Below, piece by piece: positions 12,104-26,225 of a DNA stretch of 64,000 nucleotides. The stretch lies in assembly GCF_009914755.1 (NCBI RefSeq), contig NC_060933.1; one strand, 5' to 3'. The position numbers were made by a program, and so were the translations under genes. This stretch comes from the human T2T-CHM13v2.0 reference genome, Homo sapiens. How positions within the stretch are numbered: position 1 is the first letter of the stretch; every line of letters begins with the position of its first letter. The notes below the pieces were generated by a model. That model searched no databases. It was not told where the DNA came from and saw nothing but the letters and a program-made list of their open reading frames with translations.

Positions 12104-13543
12104 TTTGTGGAGAGCTGTGATTCTGCCTACCACAAGTAAGATGTACAAAGCATGGAAGGAGCTACAGCCAGAAACAATTATACCATTGGGAATTTCTAGC
12201 AGAATAAATAGCAGTTATTAACTGATAAGTTAATAGATTAAGTAAACCTAAATAATTGCCTTCATTAGCAGCGAGGCTTTTGATGGTCCATGTATCACAG
12301 ATATTTAAACACAAATACATTTTTCTCATTTATTCCAATAACAAAGTGTTTTTTGGTTTGTTTTGTTTTGTTTTTGAAAGTTTGGTATGAGAGAGAAAGA
12401 GATGAGCTGATTTGACTACTCCAGGCTAGAGGATATGTAGCTGAGAGTCTATGGCTGAGTGGAGGAAAAAAAAAAATCACAAGCCCTGTCCAGGATAACA
12501 GAGAGAGAAAGCTGTTTCTGTTGAGATTTGATGGCCCCCATCACACCAAATTTGGGCTTCTAGCTAGCCTCAGTTCTTCAGATAACTGACCTTCCTTCTT
12601 TCCTCCCTCTTGTAATAGTCTTTGTGTATTAGAAGTACCTTGAAATGCTGGGTCAGAAAATGTGGCACGAAAGAGAAAAGCTGGCTCACTCCACATCTTG
12701 ACCTGATCATTTCCTGAACATGATTGAGGTAGATGACTCTTTGCTCCTCTTTGGCTGACCTGCAGGAATAACATTGGGAATAAGCAAATCTCCTTTGGAC
12801 TCCAGAGGGTGGTGGTCAGGAAGTGGGCCATTGAGAACCTAGGTGGAAATGCAGGCCAGATTATTGGAGTAGTTTGCTTTATAATGTTAAAATATTTATA
12901 CACATGTTATGTGGGCCTCTATTTCCACTCTTATCTTAGAGCCCACACGTATTATGGAGGGTCTAGCAGTGTTTGTGGAGTTTTTGGTACTATACCTTTT
13001 TCAAGATAAAGTAAAAAACATTTATGGATAATTTAATTGTTCCCTATGTAGATTCCAGTGCCAAATTCCTCTCTTAGACACTGTTTCTAGTATAACATGT
13101 TAATATGTGACCCCTGTTTCACTTACAGATTTTTAGAGATCTATCCCAGGTTACTTAATTCAACTCCAAGACATACTTTTCTTTTAAATGCAGGGAATAA
13201 AGGGTCAGTTACTTAGTTACTCCGGTTTTATTTAATCCTACTGTCATCTGACAATATGGTACTGATACTATTTCCTATTTCTAGATGGTTGCTAGAAATA
13301 TACTGTAATATTTATTCTTGATATATGTTTGTTACTTTAACGGGAATACATAGGCTATAAATAGTCCCCTTGCCTCTCACAAGTTAGACAGTCCTGCCCA
13401 GAATGCCCTGCTGAAGAGTTGTAGCAGATCACCCTGTTCCTCCTTAACCTCTCTGTTCCTCATATGCTCACCTGTAAAATAGTGATCATAGTAACACCCA
13501 TCTTGTGATGATGTAGAGAGGTTTAAAGAAGCAAATTAGGGGA

Positions 13544-13951
<408 letters not shown>

Positions 13952-14715
13952 TTACTTCTGAGTGAAATGTTGCATTTTATTTTACTGGAAGATTCTTATG
14001 TAGTTTAAGTACATTTTACGGTATTGTCAAAGAGCATGAGCAAAATATTTAGGAAAGATGAGACCATATTTCTTTTATTTATGACATTGCCACAAAAAAT
14101 CAGGTAGATGAATTTGTATTAAGTTTTTGTACCAATTTCATATCTAAAATTTCAAAGAATTTTATTGCAACAAACTCTTTCTTACCATTAACTCAAAAAA
14201 ATTCTGTTTTAAATTGACTTCATTCCATAAGTCTCTACACTACTAATTTGGCCAGAAGTTATTTTCAATCCTAATTGGGAACAACAAAGATCCACATGAT
14301 ATCCTTTCAATTTATGATGTTGAAGAAAGTTGAATTGTAATAATTTGAGTGTGCAGTCAAAGCAATTTTCAATACTATGTATCACTGTAGAAACAAGGGA
14401 GAATGTCTTGGTTAACTATTTAAGTGGCTTGAGTATGGCAATTAAAATTTCATCTAAGCTCATTTTGATGAATCTTGAAGGTGACATTTATTTCTTATGC
14501 TCTGAACATCGTAAGTTCTGTTGATTTTTATGGGAAGTTTTCAAGGTCATTTTCAGAGATCTATGACAAAATGACATTATTTGAGAAAAAAAAGAAGAAA
14601 TAGCTCGAAGTTTAAAGCATTATGGTATTCCCTAAGCCCAAAATTTTCTCCCTTTACAAAAACAAATGAAAGGCAAAATAGACAAACAAAGAAACCATCA
14701 AAAATACCTTGAATC

Positions 14716-15360
14716 ACTGTTGGTGGGAATGAAAATTAGTTCGACCATTGTGGAAGACAGTGTGGAGATTCCTCATGGATCTAGAATCAGAAATCCCATG
14801 ACCCAGTAGTCACATTACTTGGTATATACCCAAAGGAATATAAATCATTCTATTATGAAGACACATGCACACATATGTTTATTGCAGCAGCTATACTATT
14901 TATTATAGCAAAGACATGGAACCAACCCAAATGCCCATCAGTGATAGACTAGATAAAGAAAATGTGGTACATATACACCATGGAATACTATGCAGCCATC
15001 TAAAGAACTAGATCATATCCTTTGTAGGAACATGGAAACCACCATCCTCATCAAACTAACACAGGAACAGAAACCCAAACACCTCATGTTCTCACTCATA
15101 AGTGAGAGTTGATCAACGAGAACACATTGACACAGGGAGGGGAACAACACACAGTGGGGCCTGTTGGGGCATGGGGGGAAAGGGGAGGGAGAGCATCAGG
15201 ACTGATATCTAATGCATGCAGCTTAAAACCTAGATGATGGTTTGATAGGGGCAGCAAACCACCATGGCACATGTATACCTATGTAACAAACCTGCAAATT
15301 CTGCATATGTATCCCAGAAATTAAAGTAAAATAAAATAAAATAATAAAAACAACAAAAAA
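14716..15360 (+). mobile_element. L1PA (approx. PA8-PA13) 3' end, 5'-truncated
   Basis: ORF2 C-terminal and 3'UTR sequence with A-rich tail; TSD taccttgaatc at 14705-14715 and 15364-15374. Confidence 0.9.
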
Positions 15361-16389
15361 ATGTACCTTGAATCTCCAAAATAAGTTAAGACAAATAGTT
15401 AAAATTGAGCATGCTTTTATTAGAAGAAGAAAATGTCATTGACAATATAACAGATAATTTATAGATGGGAACATACGTAAAAACGTATAAGTACTTAGAT
15501 CTGCTAGATAAAGTGAGTCCCAAATGATAAGGTTACAAAAATAATGTTTTTTTGTAGAATATGTGTTTTCAATGAGAAAGTGTTGCAAAAGTCAGTCATA
15601 CAGATTGGTAACTTTTATGTTTATTTTTCAAAAGCAGCTCAAAATAGTTCTTTAGATTCTGTAACACCACGGTGTCCTAATTTTGCTCCTAAAATTTTGT
15701 CACAAAATTTTAAATTCACTTGCAAATTGATCTTCATTTAATCTTCCTCTAGGTGTGTAAGCTAAATCAGAGATCTGCATGAACTGCTTATTACTCTTTC
15801 ATGCTATACATTCTCCCTAGGTAATTTTGATCACTGCAATCTTTTCCATCATCATTTCTACTTGAAGACTAACTAATATAGGTAGAACAAATTTCAACTT
15901 CTAGACCTATATGCTTTCCAGATATCTCAAATAAAAGATAAAATTTGGGGAGATATACCATGTTCATGATTTTGAAATAGTCAAGACTGTGTGATATTGT
16001 CCTCAAGAAAGACTAAATAGATCAACAGAACAGAATAGAAAATACAAAAACAGATTTATACATATAGTTAAAATCTTTTTTTTAAATAGCAAGTCAATTC
16101 ATCAGGGAAAGTATCAGCTTTGAAGAAATGGAAGAGTTTTCAAAGCAAGAAATGTAAAACAGTTGGGTATTTATAAGCAATAGAAAAACAAATTTGATTC
16201 ATAGCTTGCAAAATATATAAACATTAATAAAAAGCCAACCTGAATGTATTGAAATCTTAGATATAAACATAAGATAAATCTTTGTGACCTTAGTTGAAAC
16301 AAATAAGTGCTGTATATGACATTAAACATTTAATATGTAAAATAAAATATTAACTTGAACTTCTTCAAAAGTGAAAATTTTTACTCTTT

Positions 16390-18428
16390 TTTAAAAATTA
16401 TTATACTTTAAGTTCAGAATGTGCAGAATGTGTAGGTTTGTTACATAGGTATATACATGCCATGGTGGTTTGCTGCACCCTTCAACCCATCATCTATTTT
16501 AGGTATTTCTCCTAATGCTATCCCTCCCCAAGCCCCCCACCCCCTGACAGGCCCCAGTGTGTGATGTTCCCTTCCCTGTGTCCATGTGTTCTAATTTTTC
16601 AGCTCCCAATTATGAGTGAGAACATGCGGTGTTTGGTTTTCTGTTCCTGTGTTAGTTTGCTGAGAATGATCGTTTCCAGCTTTATCCATGTCCCTGCAAA
16701 GGACATGAACTCATCCTTTTTTATGGCTGCATAGTGTTCCATAGTGTATATGTGCCACATTTGCTTTATCCAGTCTATGATTGATGGGCATTTGTGTTGG
16801 TTCCAAGTCTTTGCTATTGTGAACAGTGCTGCAATAAACCTACGTGTGCATGTGTCTTTATACTAGAATGATTCATAATCCTTTTTCTATTCAGTAATGG
16901 GATTGCTGGGTCAAACGGTATTTCTAGTTCTAGATCCTTGAAGAATCACCACACTGTCTTCCACAATGGTTGAACTAATTTACACTTTCACCAACAGTGT
17001 AAAAGTGTTCCTATTTCTCCACTTCCTCTCCAGCATCTGTTGTTTTCTGACTTTTTAATGATCACCATTCTAACCAGAGTGAGATGGTATCTCATTGTGG
17101 TTTTGATTTGCATTTCCCTAATGACGAATGATGATGAGCTTTTTTTTCACATGTTTTTTGGCCGCATAAATGTCTTCTTTTGAGAAGTGTCTGTTCATAT
17201 CCTTTGACCACTTTTCGATGGGGTTGTTTGTATTTTTTCTTGCAAATTTGTTTAAGTTCTTTGTAGATTCTGGATATTAGCCCTTTGTCAGATGGATAGA
17301 TTGCAAAAATTTTCTCCCATTCTGTAGGTTGCCTGTTCACTCTGATGATAGTTTATTTTGCTGTGCAGAAGCTCTTTAGTTTAATTAGATCCCATTCATC
17401 AATTTTGGCTTTTGTTGCCAATGCATTTGCTGTTGTAGTCATGAAGTTTTTGTCCATGCCTATGTCCTGAATGGTATTGCCTAGGTGTTCTGCTAAGGTT
17501 TTTATAGTTTTAGGTCTTATGTTTAAGGCTTCAATCCATCTTGGGTGAATTTTTGTATAAGATGTAAGGAAGGGATCCAGTTTCAGTTTTCCACTACCCA
17601 GTTTTCCCAATACCATTTATTAAATAGGGAACCCTTTCCCCATTGCTTGTTTTTGTCAGGTTTGTCAAAGATCAGATGGCTGTAGATGTGTGGCTTTATT
17701 TCTTAGGCCTCTGTTCTGTTCTGTTGGTCTACATAACTGTTTTGGTACCAGTACCATGCTGTTTTGGTTACTGTAGCCTTGCAGTATATTTTAAAGTCAG
17801 GTCGCATGATACTTCCAGCTTTGTTCTTTTTGCTTAGGATTGTCTTGGCTATACAACCTCTTTTTTGGTTTTGTATGAAATTTAAAGTAGGTTTTTCTAA
17901 TTCTGTGAAGAAAGTCAATGGTAGCTTGATGGGGATAGCATTGAATTTATAAATTACTTCAGCAGTATGGACATTTTCATATTGATTCTTCCTATCCATG
18001 AGCATGGAATAGTTTGCCATTTGTTTGTGTCCTCTCCTATTTCCTTGAACAGTGGTTTGTAGTTCTCCTTGAGGAGATCCTTCACATCCCTTGTAAGTTG
18101 TTTTCCTAGGTATTTTATTCTCTTTGTAGCAATTGTGAATGGGAGTTCACTCATGATTTGGCTCTCTGTTTGTCTGTTGTTGTTGTATAGGAATGCTTGT
18201 TATTTTTGCACGTTGATTTTGAATCCTGAGATTTTGCTGAAGTTGCTTATCAGCTTAAGGAGATAAGCTGAGACGATGGGGTTTTCTAAATATACAATCT
18301 TGTCATCTGCAAACAGAGACAATTTGACTTCCTCTCTTCCTGTTTGAATACGCTTTATTGCTTTCTCTTGCCTGATTGCCTTGGCTAGAACTTTCAATAC
18401 TATGCTTAATAGGAATGGAAAAGGGCAT
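16390..18428 (-). mobile_element. L1PA7/8-like, ~2 kb 5'-truncated
   Basis: Minus-strand ORFs translate to L1 ORF2p ([43 protein letters not shown]) in broken frames; 3'UTR at the left end. Confidence 0.93.
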
Positions 18429-18485
18429 TTAAAAATAATTTTTTAAAAACTATGAACTGAGAAAACATTTGAATAGCATATATCT

Positions 18486-19111
18486 TATTGGCCAAGAAAG
18501 GTTTATCTCATCAGGACTAATGTTTGTCTTTAGAACTGGCACTTGGCTGGCTTTTGGAAGATAACCTGTGGGCCCTTAATATATTCTGCCTGTTGACAGT
18601 GTTTCTATACATCTTTGGCTTTAGAGTACAGTGCACAAGTGGTTTTCAGCGTCTGAGGCCTTGGACCATGCTGTGCTCATTTGAACAGATAAGCTTATCC
18701 TAACAATATAATTTAGAGTCAATGGCTATATTTTCTCTGACAGATGCTGTAGTCTGAGTAGCTGAAATCACTCATATAGGCACCACCTTACATGACTGAT
18801 GCCCAGTAAAAGCCCTGGAGACCAAAACTTAAATGAGCTTCTCTGATTGACAACACTTCAATATGCTGTCAAATATTGTTGCTGGGAGAATTACGTGTGT
18901 TCTTATGGGATTCCACTGGGAGAGGACACCTGAAAGCTTGTACCTGATATCTTCTACATTTATCCCCATGGGCTTTTTTTCTTTGTTGATTTTAATCTGT
19001 ATCTTTTCATTGTAGTAAACTGTAACTATGAATGTAACGTGTTTTCTAAGACCTGTGAATCATTATAGTTAATCTTTGAGCCTAAGGGTGGTCATAAGGA
19101 GCCCCAACACA
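18486..19111 (+). mobile_element. ERVL solo LTR of the MER21/MER68/MER77 group
   Basis: 'ccactgggagaggacacctgaaagcttg', 'gattttaatctgtatc', terminal 'gggtggtcataaggagccccaacaca'. Confidence 0.7.
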
Positions 19112-20584
19112 CTAATAAATTACTTTCATAAAGAATATATAAAAGCTGTCAAAAATCAAAAATAAAACAAATCACCCAATTTTTTAAAAGGCAAAAGATT
19201 GAAAAAGACGTCATGATAGAAGACATGGATGACAAATAAGTATATCAAAAAATTTTAACATCTGTAGTCATTAAAGAATTGAAAACCACAAAGAAATACT
19301 ACTGATAGTTATTACAATGTCCAAAGTGAAAAAAAATATTGACCCTACCAGGTATATGCAACAAAATGGAGGAACTGAAACGTTAATATACTTTTGATTG
19401 ACAACCACTTTGTAAAATAGATAGATTGACAGCTTCTTAAAAAAGTAAACCTATGCTTACCACTTAATCTAGTCATTTATCTTCTAGATATTTCCCCCTC
19501 GAAAAATGAAAAAGAAATTGTTGTATATAAATATTCATAGGCATTTTCTCTTTAATAGCTAAAATGTGGTCATGACCCACATATTCATTAACAAGTAATT
19601 GGTGATATATACGTACAGCAAAATTCTGCTCAGCAATAAAAAGGTTCGACTACTGACACATGCAACAACATGAATGAATTTCAAAAGAATTTTGCTGTAA
19701 AGCAAAAATGCCAGCCAAAAAATAGTGCACCTTATATGATTCCATTTATATAAAACTTCTGGATGCACCAATATACAATATACAGTAATATACAATACTG
19801 AAAGATGGTCAGCAGTTGTCTAGCTAAGATGCTTATTAGGAGAGACAATAATTGCAAAAGGGGATTATTAAAAGTAGTCATGAGGAAACATTTTGTGGAT
19901 TTATATGTTCACTATCTTGACAATAATGATGATCTCACGGATGTATAAATATGTCAGAGCATATCTAATAATTTATCTTACATATTTTTGGCTTTTAATA
20001 TGTTAATTATAGCTCAATAAATTTCTTAAAAACTCATTGGACTCTATCTGTAATGTGTGTATGTTTAGTTTTAAGTAGAGTGCAGCTAAATTTTTCTCCA
20101 CCATTACAATTTTCAAACATACTTTCACTTACAGAATAGCATACTGAAAATTAACACATGCTTTTATAATTATAAATAAAATAGTAATATATCATTTCTG
20201 CTGAAATAAATGCAAACCAATTACAAGGAATTTATTAGTTTTTATTTTAGTTACTTCATATATATTAGCATCTAAGCCTCAAAGATTCACTATGTAATTG
20301 TGTAAATTAGTAGTAGGGTTACCTGAATCTGGCTTAATAGTGAATTAATCAGTATTTATCTTTAAACATTTTTTCCTTTATGAATTGTGTCACACTTTTA
20401 AAGAGCCCTTCCTACATTACAAGCATGTATAAAATACATTCTTATACTATTTTAGAATAATTTCAGAAGTTAGATTGTTTTCTAGATTTAGTGTTTTCAT
20501 TGATACCAAATTTATTTTTATGTACATAAATGTATGATTTTAAGTTAGATTATTTCAAACTGGTATCCCTGCAATTATCTGAAC

Positions 20585-20905
<321 letters not shown>

Positions 20906-21089
20906 CAACAAAATTTTTAAGTAGTCACATTGACTTTTTTTTTCAAAAGTTAGTTTTAAGCTATTTGATAACATATGGATCTACTTCACTAAAGTTGTAT
21001 TTTTGTGTGTAATTCTTTAATCCATCTGGAGATATTTTGGTTGTTTTTCGATCAGATAGCCAGTTAAACCAGAAAGAAAAATCTTACCA

Positions 21090-22330
21090 AAAAGTTTCCA
21101 CTTAGAAAATTTAATAGCCAAAAAAACTAATATATGCAAGAATGAACAAAAACATATTGATAAAAGTTATACATCATATTTTTATTGAAATATTTCATAA
21201 TGAAATGTTTCACATGGTTAAAGAACTACAAATTCATCCAGTGTAAATAAAAACTTCATGGGAAATGTATAATATATGAGGGATTATTTGATATCTGAAA
21301 AAACTAGATAGAAAATAAATGCTTAAAAACTTCTAGAAGGTAATCCAGTAGAATATTTATCAGCTTAGGCTAACAAATGATATAAACATGATTAAAGAAG
21401 AGCTAAACTTGAATAAAAATATTAAGTTGATGACAAGTGTAAAACACCATTCTTCAAAATATGCAATTACAAATAGGAAAGTGCTAATAGGAGAAAAAAT
21501 AAGATGTTTATAATGCAAAAAGTATTAACATTCAAAACTGTTGATAATATAAAGAAAGATATTATAAGGAAAAGTATTCCAGTATTAGAGTAGCCTAAGT
21601 ATAAGGCAATTTGAAGAAAGAAAAGAGGAATCATGAATAGGTTTATCAATCCTGATTCCATCTCACCAGTGATTAGACTGGTAAATAAGAAAATGTGTGA
21701 TAATACCAAGGGTAATAAAGATATATTTCATTTACATTTACAGTGCTGGTAAACATACACTGTACAACCACTTTGGAGAAAACTTGGAAGTACCTAAAAT
21801 GTGAAAATGCACAGTTGCTCTTGATCCAGCAAGGGTACCTCTGAGTATATATTGTGGAAAAATTCTCACACATGCATACACAGTGAAACATGTAAGAGTG
21901 CTTATAGCAGCAGTGTTGGGATTTTCTTTAAACCCTAGATTTGACCTATATATCTATCAGTAGAGAATCAAAATATAATTCAAGCTATTGTTATACAGTG
22001 GGATATAGTACATCACTGATAATTAATACAAATTAATATTACGAACCACTCAAGTTTGAATCAAATATTAGGTCATGGTATAATGAAATTATAAAACTAT
22101 TTAGAGTTAAAAACAGGCAAAAATGTCACATTTATTTTAGAATTCATAATTGAATAGTAGAAGAAAGTAAAAATGCATAGGAATCATCAACATGAAACAC
22201 AGGAAAAATAAATGAAACATAGGCAGGTGATTATCTGCAGAGCAAGAAAGTAGAGTTTATTAAGGAGGGCAGTATGAGAACTATCTAAGATATTTTAGGA
22301 TAAGAAGCGGTTTTGTGAATTTGAATTCAT
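21090..22330 (+). mobile_element. Old L1M (L1ME-like) fragment
   Basis: Degenerate ORF2 3'/3'UTR motifs such as 'gtgctggtaaacatacactgtacaaccactttggag'; boundaries approximate. Confidence 0.5.
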
Positions 22331-22572
22331 TAAATAACGCTTTCTATTTTGTTTTGTTATTCATCATTTAACATTTTTTTTAAAAATATAAAGAATTCTC
22401 ATAAGTATTTTTAAACTAGAAGACAAATAAGTGGAATGAAATATCTAAATGTCAAATTTTGGTGTGTACTTCCTATTAATTTCTAAGCAGGGACACCTGG
22501 CAAGCAGAAATAACTCTGAGGACATGTGGGATTTTGAATTTTTGGACACCTCTGTAAAGTTATTTGGCAAGC

Positions 22573-22750
22573 AATAATAATAGCTACCACTTATTTATCA
22601 AGTGTTTACTAATGTACTAAGCATTGCCATATATGGTTTATTACTTCTATCCTATTTAGTATTCAAATCAATATGATGTCTATTTTTGTTCTGTTTTAAA
22701 AATAAAGAAGCTAACATGTCCAAGCCACATATTTAGTAAGTATTGGAACT
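22573..22750 (-). mobile_element. MIR fragment
   Basis: 'aataataatagctaccacttatttatcaagtgtttact...catgtccaagccacatatttagtaagt'. Confidence 0.55.
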
Positions 22751-25700
22751 ACATCAAAACAAGAAAGAAACATTTCAATGGTTTATCCTACTGTCTACTT
22801 CCTAAAGGAAAATTATAAATTTACAGTAACTGATCCAAATACATTTCCAGAGTTACTTTAGCTTTCACAGTGTTGGCCAGCACAATGTGTTTTTTGTTTG
22901 TTTGTTTGCTTGCTTCCTTGTTTTTTAATTGAGAACATTCCCATAGTTGACTATTTCAATATTTAATTCTCCAATCTTGTATTTTTGGTTTATCTTGATA
23001 AACATCAAATAAGGTGGAGGCAGTTTACACTGAATAGACTTAAGAAGCTGATCTTCACAAGAAAGTTCAGATGCTTCATTTTACCACAATTTCTCCACTG
23101 CTTAGTTTTATTACACCTAGTCCATATCATGCATTTGGGTTACTTGCCTGGCTCATCTATGACAGAAAAGAAGGAAAGGAGAAAGGAAGCAAAAGAGAAT
23201 AAAGAACCTAAATAAATGCTATTCATCTATTCAGAGCTGTTTCAAAAAATTAAGTGAATGTTTTCTTCAGTATTCTCAGTCAAATCTTGCTTCATACTTA
23301 TTATAAATACCCTGAAGGAGTCATACCAATGTGTTCTCTGTAAATGCCATGAACAACACTTTGTTTTTGTATAACGGTTTTCATGACTATTGTATTAATA
23401 GCACATTCAATAATATTTCAATAGGTCAAAATTATGTCATATGTTTTCTTACAAATTTTTGTCATTTTTTAGAATTAATGCTACAGCCCAGAAAATAAAT
23501 ATTATTATGAAAGCTTGTTTGTAAAAAATTTCAGTAATTTTATATCTTTTTGGTAAGATTAGTGGCTTCTATTGTATATATTTACAATGGATATCAATGT
23601 TGATATTGAGTTATCCAATCTAATATTCTTAATAGCTCCAGCTTGAACTATGAATGGTAGATGACTATGTTCTGTACGTATACCAATATGAGTATTTTTC
23701 TATGTTAAAGATTTTACTAGAATCCTTAAATAAACCATAATCATCTAATATGATTTTCTGCTGGAATTTATATAATTTATTATCATAAAAAGATATTGAA
23801 TTGCTCAGATAAAAATTTTAACTTCTATAAATCTTAATATATAAAAATATGGTCTTCTTCAACAAATTGACATTGCAAATTGGTTTAGAATATCCTTAAA
23901 TAATTATAGTTTTATTTTCAAATAAGCTACTTTTGCAAATTGTTATCATTTTTAACTTAACTTTTGTGTTTTGTTTTTTGTTTGTATTTATGTCTTCCCC
24001 AAATGTCCTCTTTTTTTATGCAAATGTAGAGAAGGCAGACACCTAGAATTCCATCCTAGAATTAAGACGTGACAATAAACTTTTATTTTGTGAGTGCATT
24101 GTACGCTGACCTAATAGAAGATGAAAAGTGGAAAAATTTGCACAATGAGTTCAAGAACTCTGAGGAAAAGTATTCAAACAGTCTAGTTAAGAAAACCTTA
24201 TTAAGTGGAAATTTCATACCAAACAAGGCTGCCCAGCTTGGAAAAGCCCTGCACTTAAAATTAACTTCAGCCGGTGATGTGCTGAGGCTCTTGACTCAAG
24301 TACAGGCACACGGGCTGGCTATGATTTGGAGAAACATGGTAAGTCATATGAATGTTAGTTGATAACTAATTTTATTGTTCATGTGCGGAGGACATAGGGT
24401 CAAATGTGCCCCAAGAAGACCTCGAGAAAATATATGTGGCTCTGGATACAGACCTCATGTGACAAAAGGAAGCAATAACCAGGAAAGACTGATTCTCTCT
24501 GCTTATCATTTAGAACAATCAAAATAAGTTTGAAATGAAAAAAACTCCAGGGGTTTTGAAATTATTAAACTGGCATGTACATACTAAAAGGGAGCCAATA
24601 AGGAATTTACTACTAATAGGGCATGGGGGAAAGCAGATCCAAAGTTCTAATTAATGTTTTAAAATGATGGTATCCATTTGCCAGTTTTAAGATAAGTCCA
24701 TACTGCTGAAAATTGCTCTATGTTTCTTACCACATTTATCTATGTCAGCATTTATTTTACTTCTAAATTTAATTACAATTTTTAAATTCCATTATACAAG
24801 TTATCTCACATTTAACTATTTGTTACCTTTCCTTCTCATCTTACAATATTACTTCTCTACCTGTCAAACTATATACAGTCCAGTTCCTATTCCAATTATG
24901 GCTATAATTGCAGTACAATTAATCAATTAATTAACAAAGCATAGCAAAAAATCAAAAGAACTTTAAAAAATTATGTATAATTGTGATCAATATGGATGTT
25001 TTTAAATATGTTCAACTATTTATACTATTTTCCTTCTCAAAGAATCATCAGAATGCTGAACACATAAAATAAACATTGGATAAATTAAAAATAATTTTTC
25101 ATTCTAAACAATCTAAAGTAATTTAAGTATAGTTCCTATTTAGACTTAACCATAACACTTTGAAAAACTTGAAAGAATTCACTGATTTTTTATAAAATTT
25201 AAAATTAATACATATTACACAATTTGTAATATAGATTTTTACTTTGAACATGAGGGCATTTTAAATGGAGCTTCTTTGAAATATAATTCACATATAAAAA
25301 TTTCAGAAAATTTTAAGGACCTTTTTCTTTTTACTAATGCTTTGATTAGGATTTCAGTCTGCATACAAATTTGTCAAGATTTTAGCTGATACTCTTTCAG
25401 GAAACTATTTTAATAGATCATTACCTTTCCTTATCTCTCAATGTCATTAGATATGTACATTTTAATCTTAATTTCTAGGACAAATATACATATCTTTTTC
25501 TGATTATGTGCCTCTAAGTTTGATAAAAAGTTCTTGATGCAACCAGTGGACTCAACACTTCTCCTTACTTTGCATTTATAATAATAGGCTTATAGCAGTT
25601 TTTTTCTCCAAATTAAAGTATAAATATTTAATTTTTACTTTTAATTTTTAAACGTTACTCAATAGTATGTTTATAAAATGACTTCTGGAAAAACATGTCT

Positions 25701-26167
25701 ATTTTCTATCATTTATTATGTCATAATTGAGAGAAGCAAGGACCCAAATTCATTTAATTATAACACATAAAACTGAATAAATATAGATGACAGATATGTG
25801 TTCTTTGTTTTTACATATCTGTTGTAAACCATATTACTCAGATTATCTCACTTCTTTCAACTTTTCTAATAAAAGCAATTACCATACCTATGTGGAATGT
25901 ATTTTAATAGTAATTCGTTTTAATAAAAGTTATATATTTTTAGGAGGTCAAAATAGAAATTTCAATTTATGAAATGTTGACTTTTTAATCTTATTGACAT
26001 ATTTTCTGGAGGCAAATTGTAGAACTATTTGAATAGCAACAGAAATTTCCAGTGGAGAGACAGTCAGATACGAAACTTCCGTGAGAAAACTGTATTTATC
26101 AGTGACTGAAAATCCTTGGATTAGGACCTAACTCCCACCTACTTGTTCTTGTAGATACTCTGTCTAA

Positions 26168-26225
26168 ATACAGATATAGATAGATACAGATACAGATACA
26201 GATACAGATATAGACATAGATACAA
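26168..26225. repeat. (GATACA)n imperfect microsatellite
   Basis: 'gatacagatacagatacagatacagatatagacatagataca'. Confidence 0.85.

Larger units (their letters stand above)
11030..12134 (-). mobile_element. MLT1D-like MaLR LTR, split by L1MA and THE1 insertions
   Basis: 'cttagtagcttaaacaatacagatttattatgttacagttctg' ... 'gccagcaatggc' ... terminal 'ttctgcctaccaca'. Confidence 0.7.
15930..20030 (+). mobile_element. Old L1M (L1MD/L1ME-like) 3' portion, interrupted by L1PA7 and an ERVL LTR
   Basis: Degenerate ORF2 3' motifs at 15930-16385, 18435-18485 and 19112-20030, ending 'aattatagctcaataaa'. Confidence 0.6.

Noticed and set aside
26120-26160. Branch point, pyrimidine tract and AG (ctaac...ttcttgtag)
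   Set aside because: It runs into a microsatellite with no convincing downstream donor
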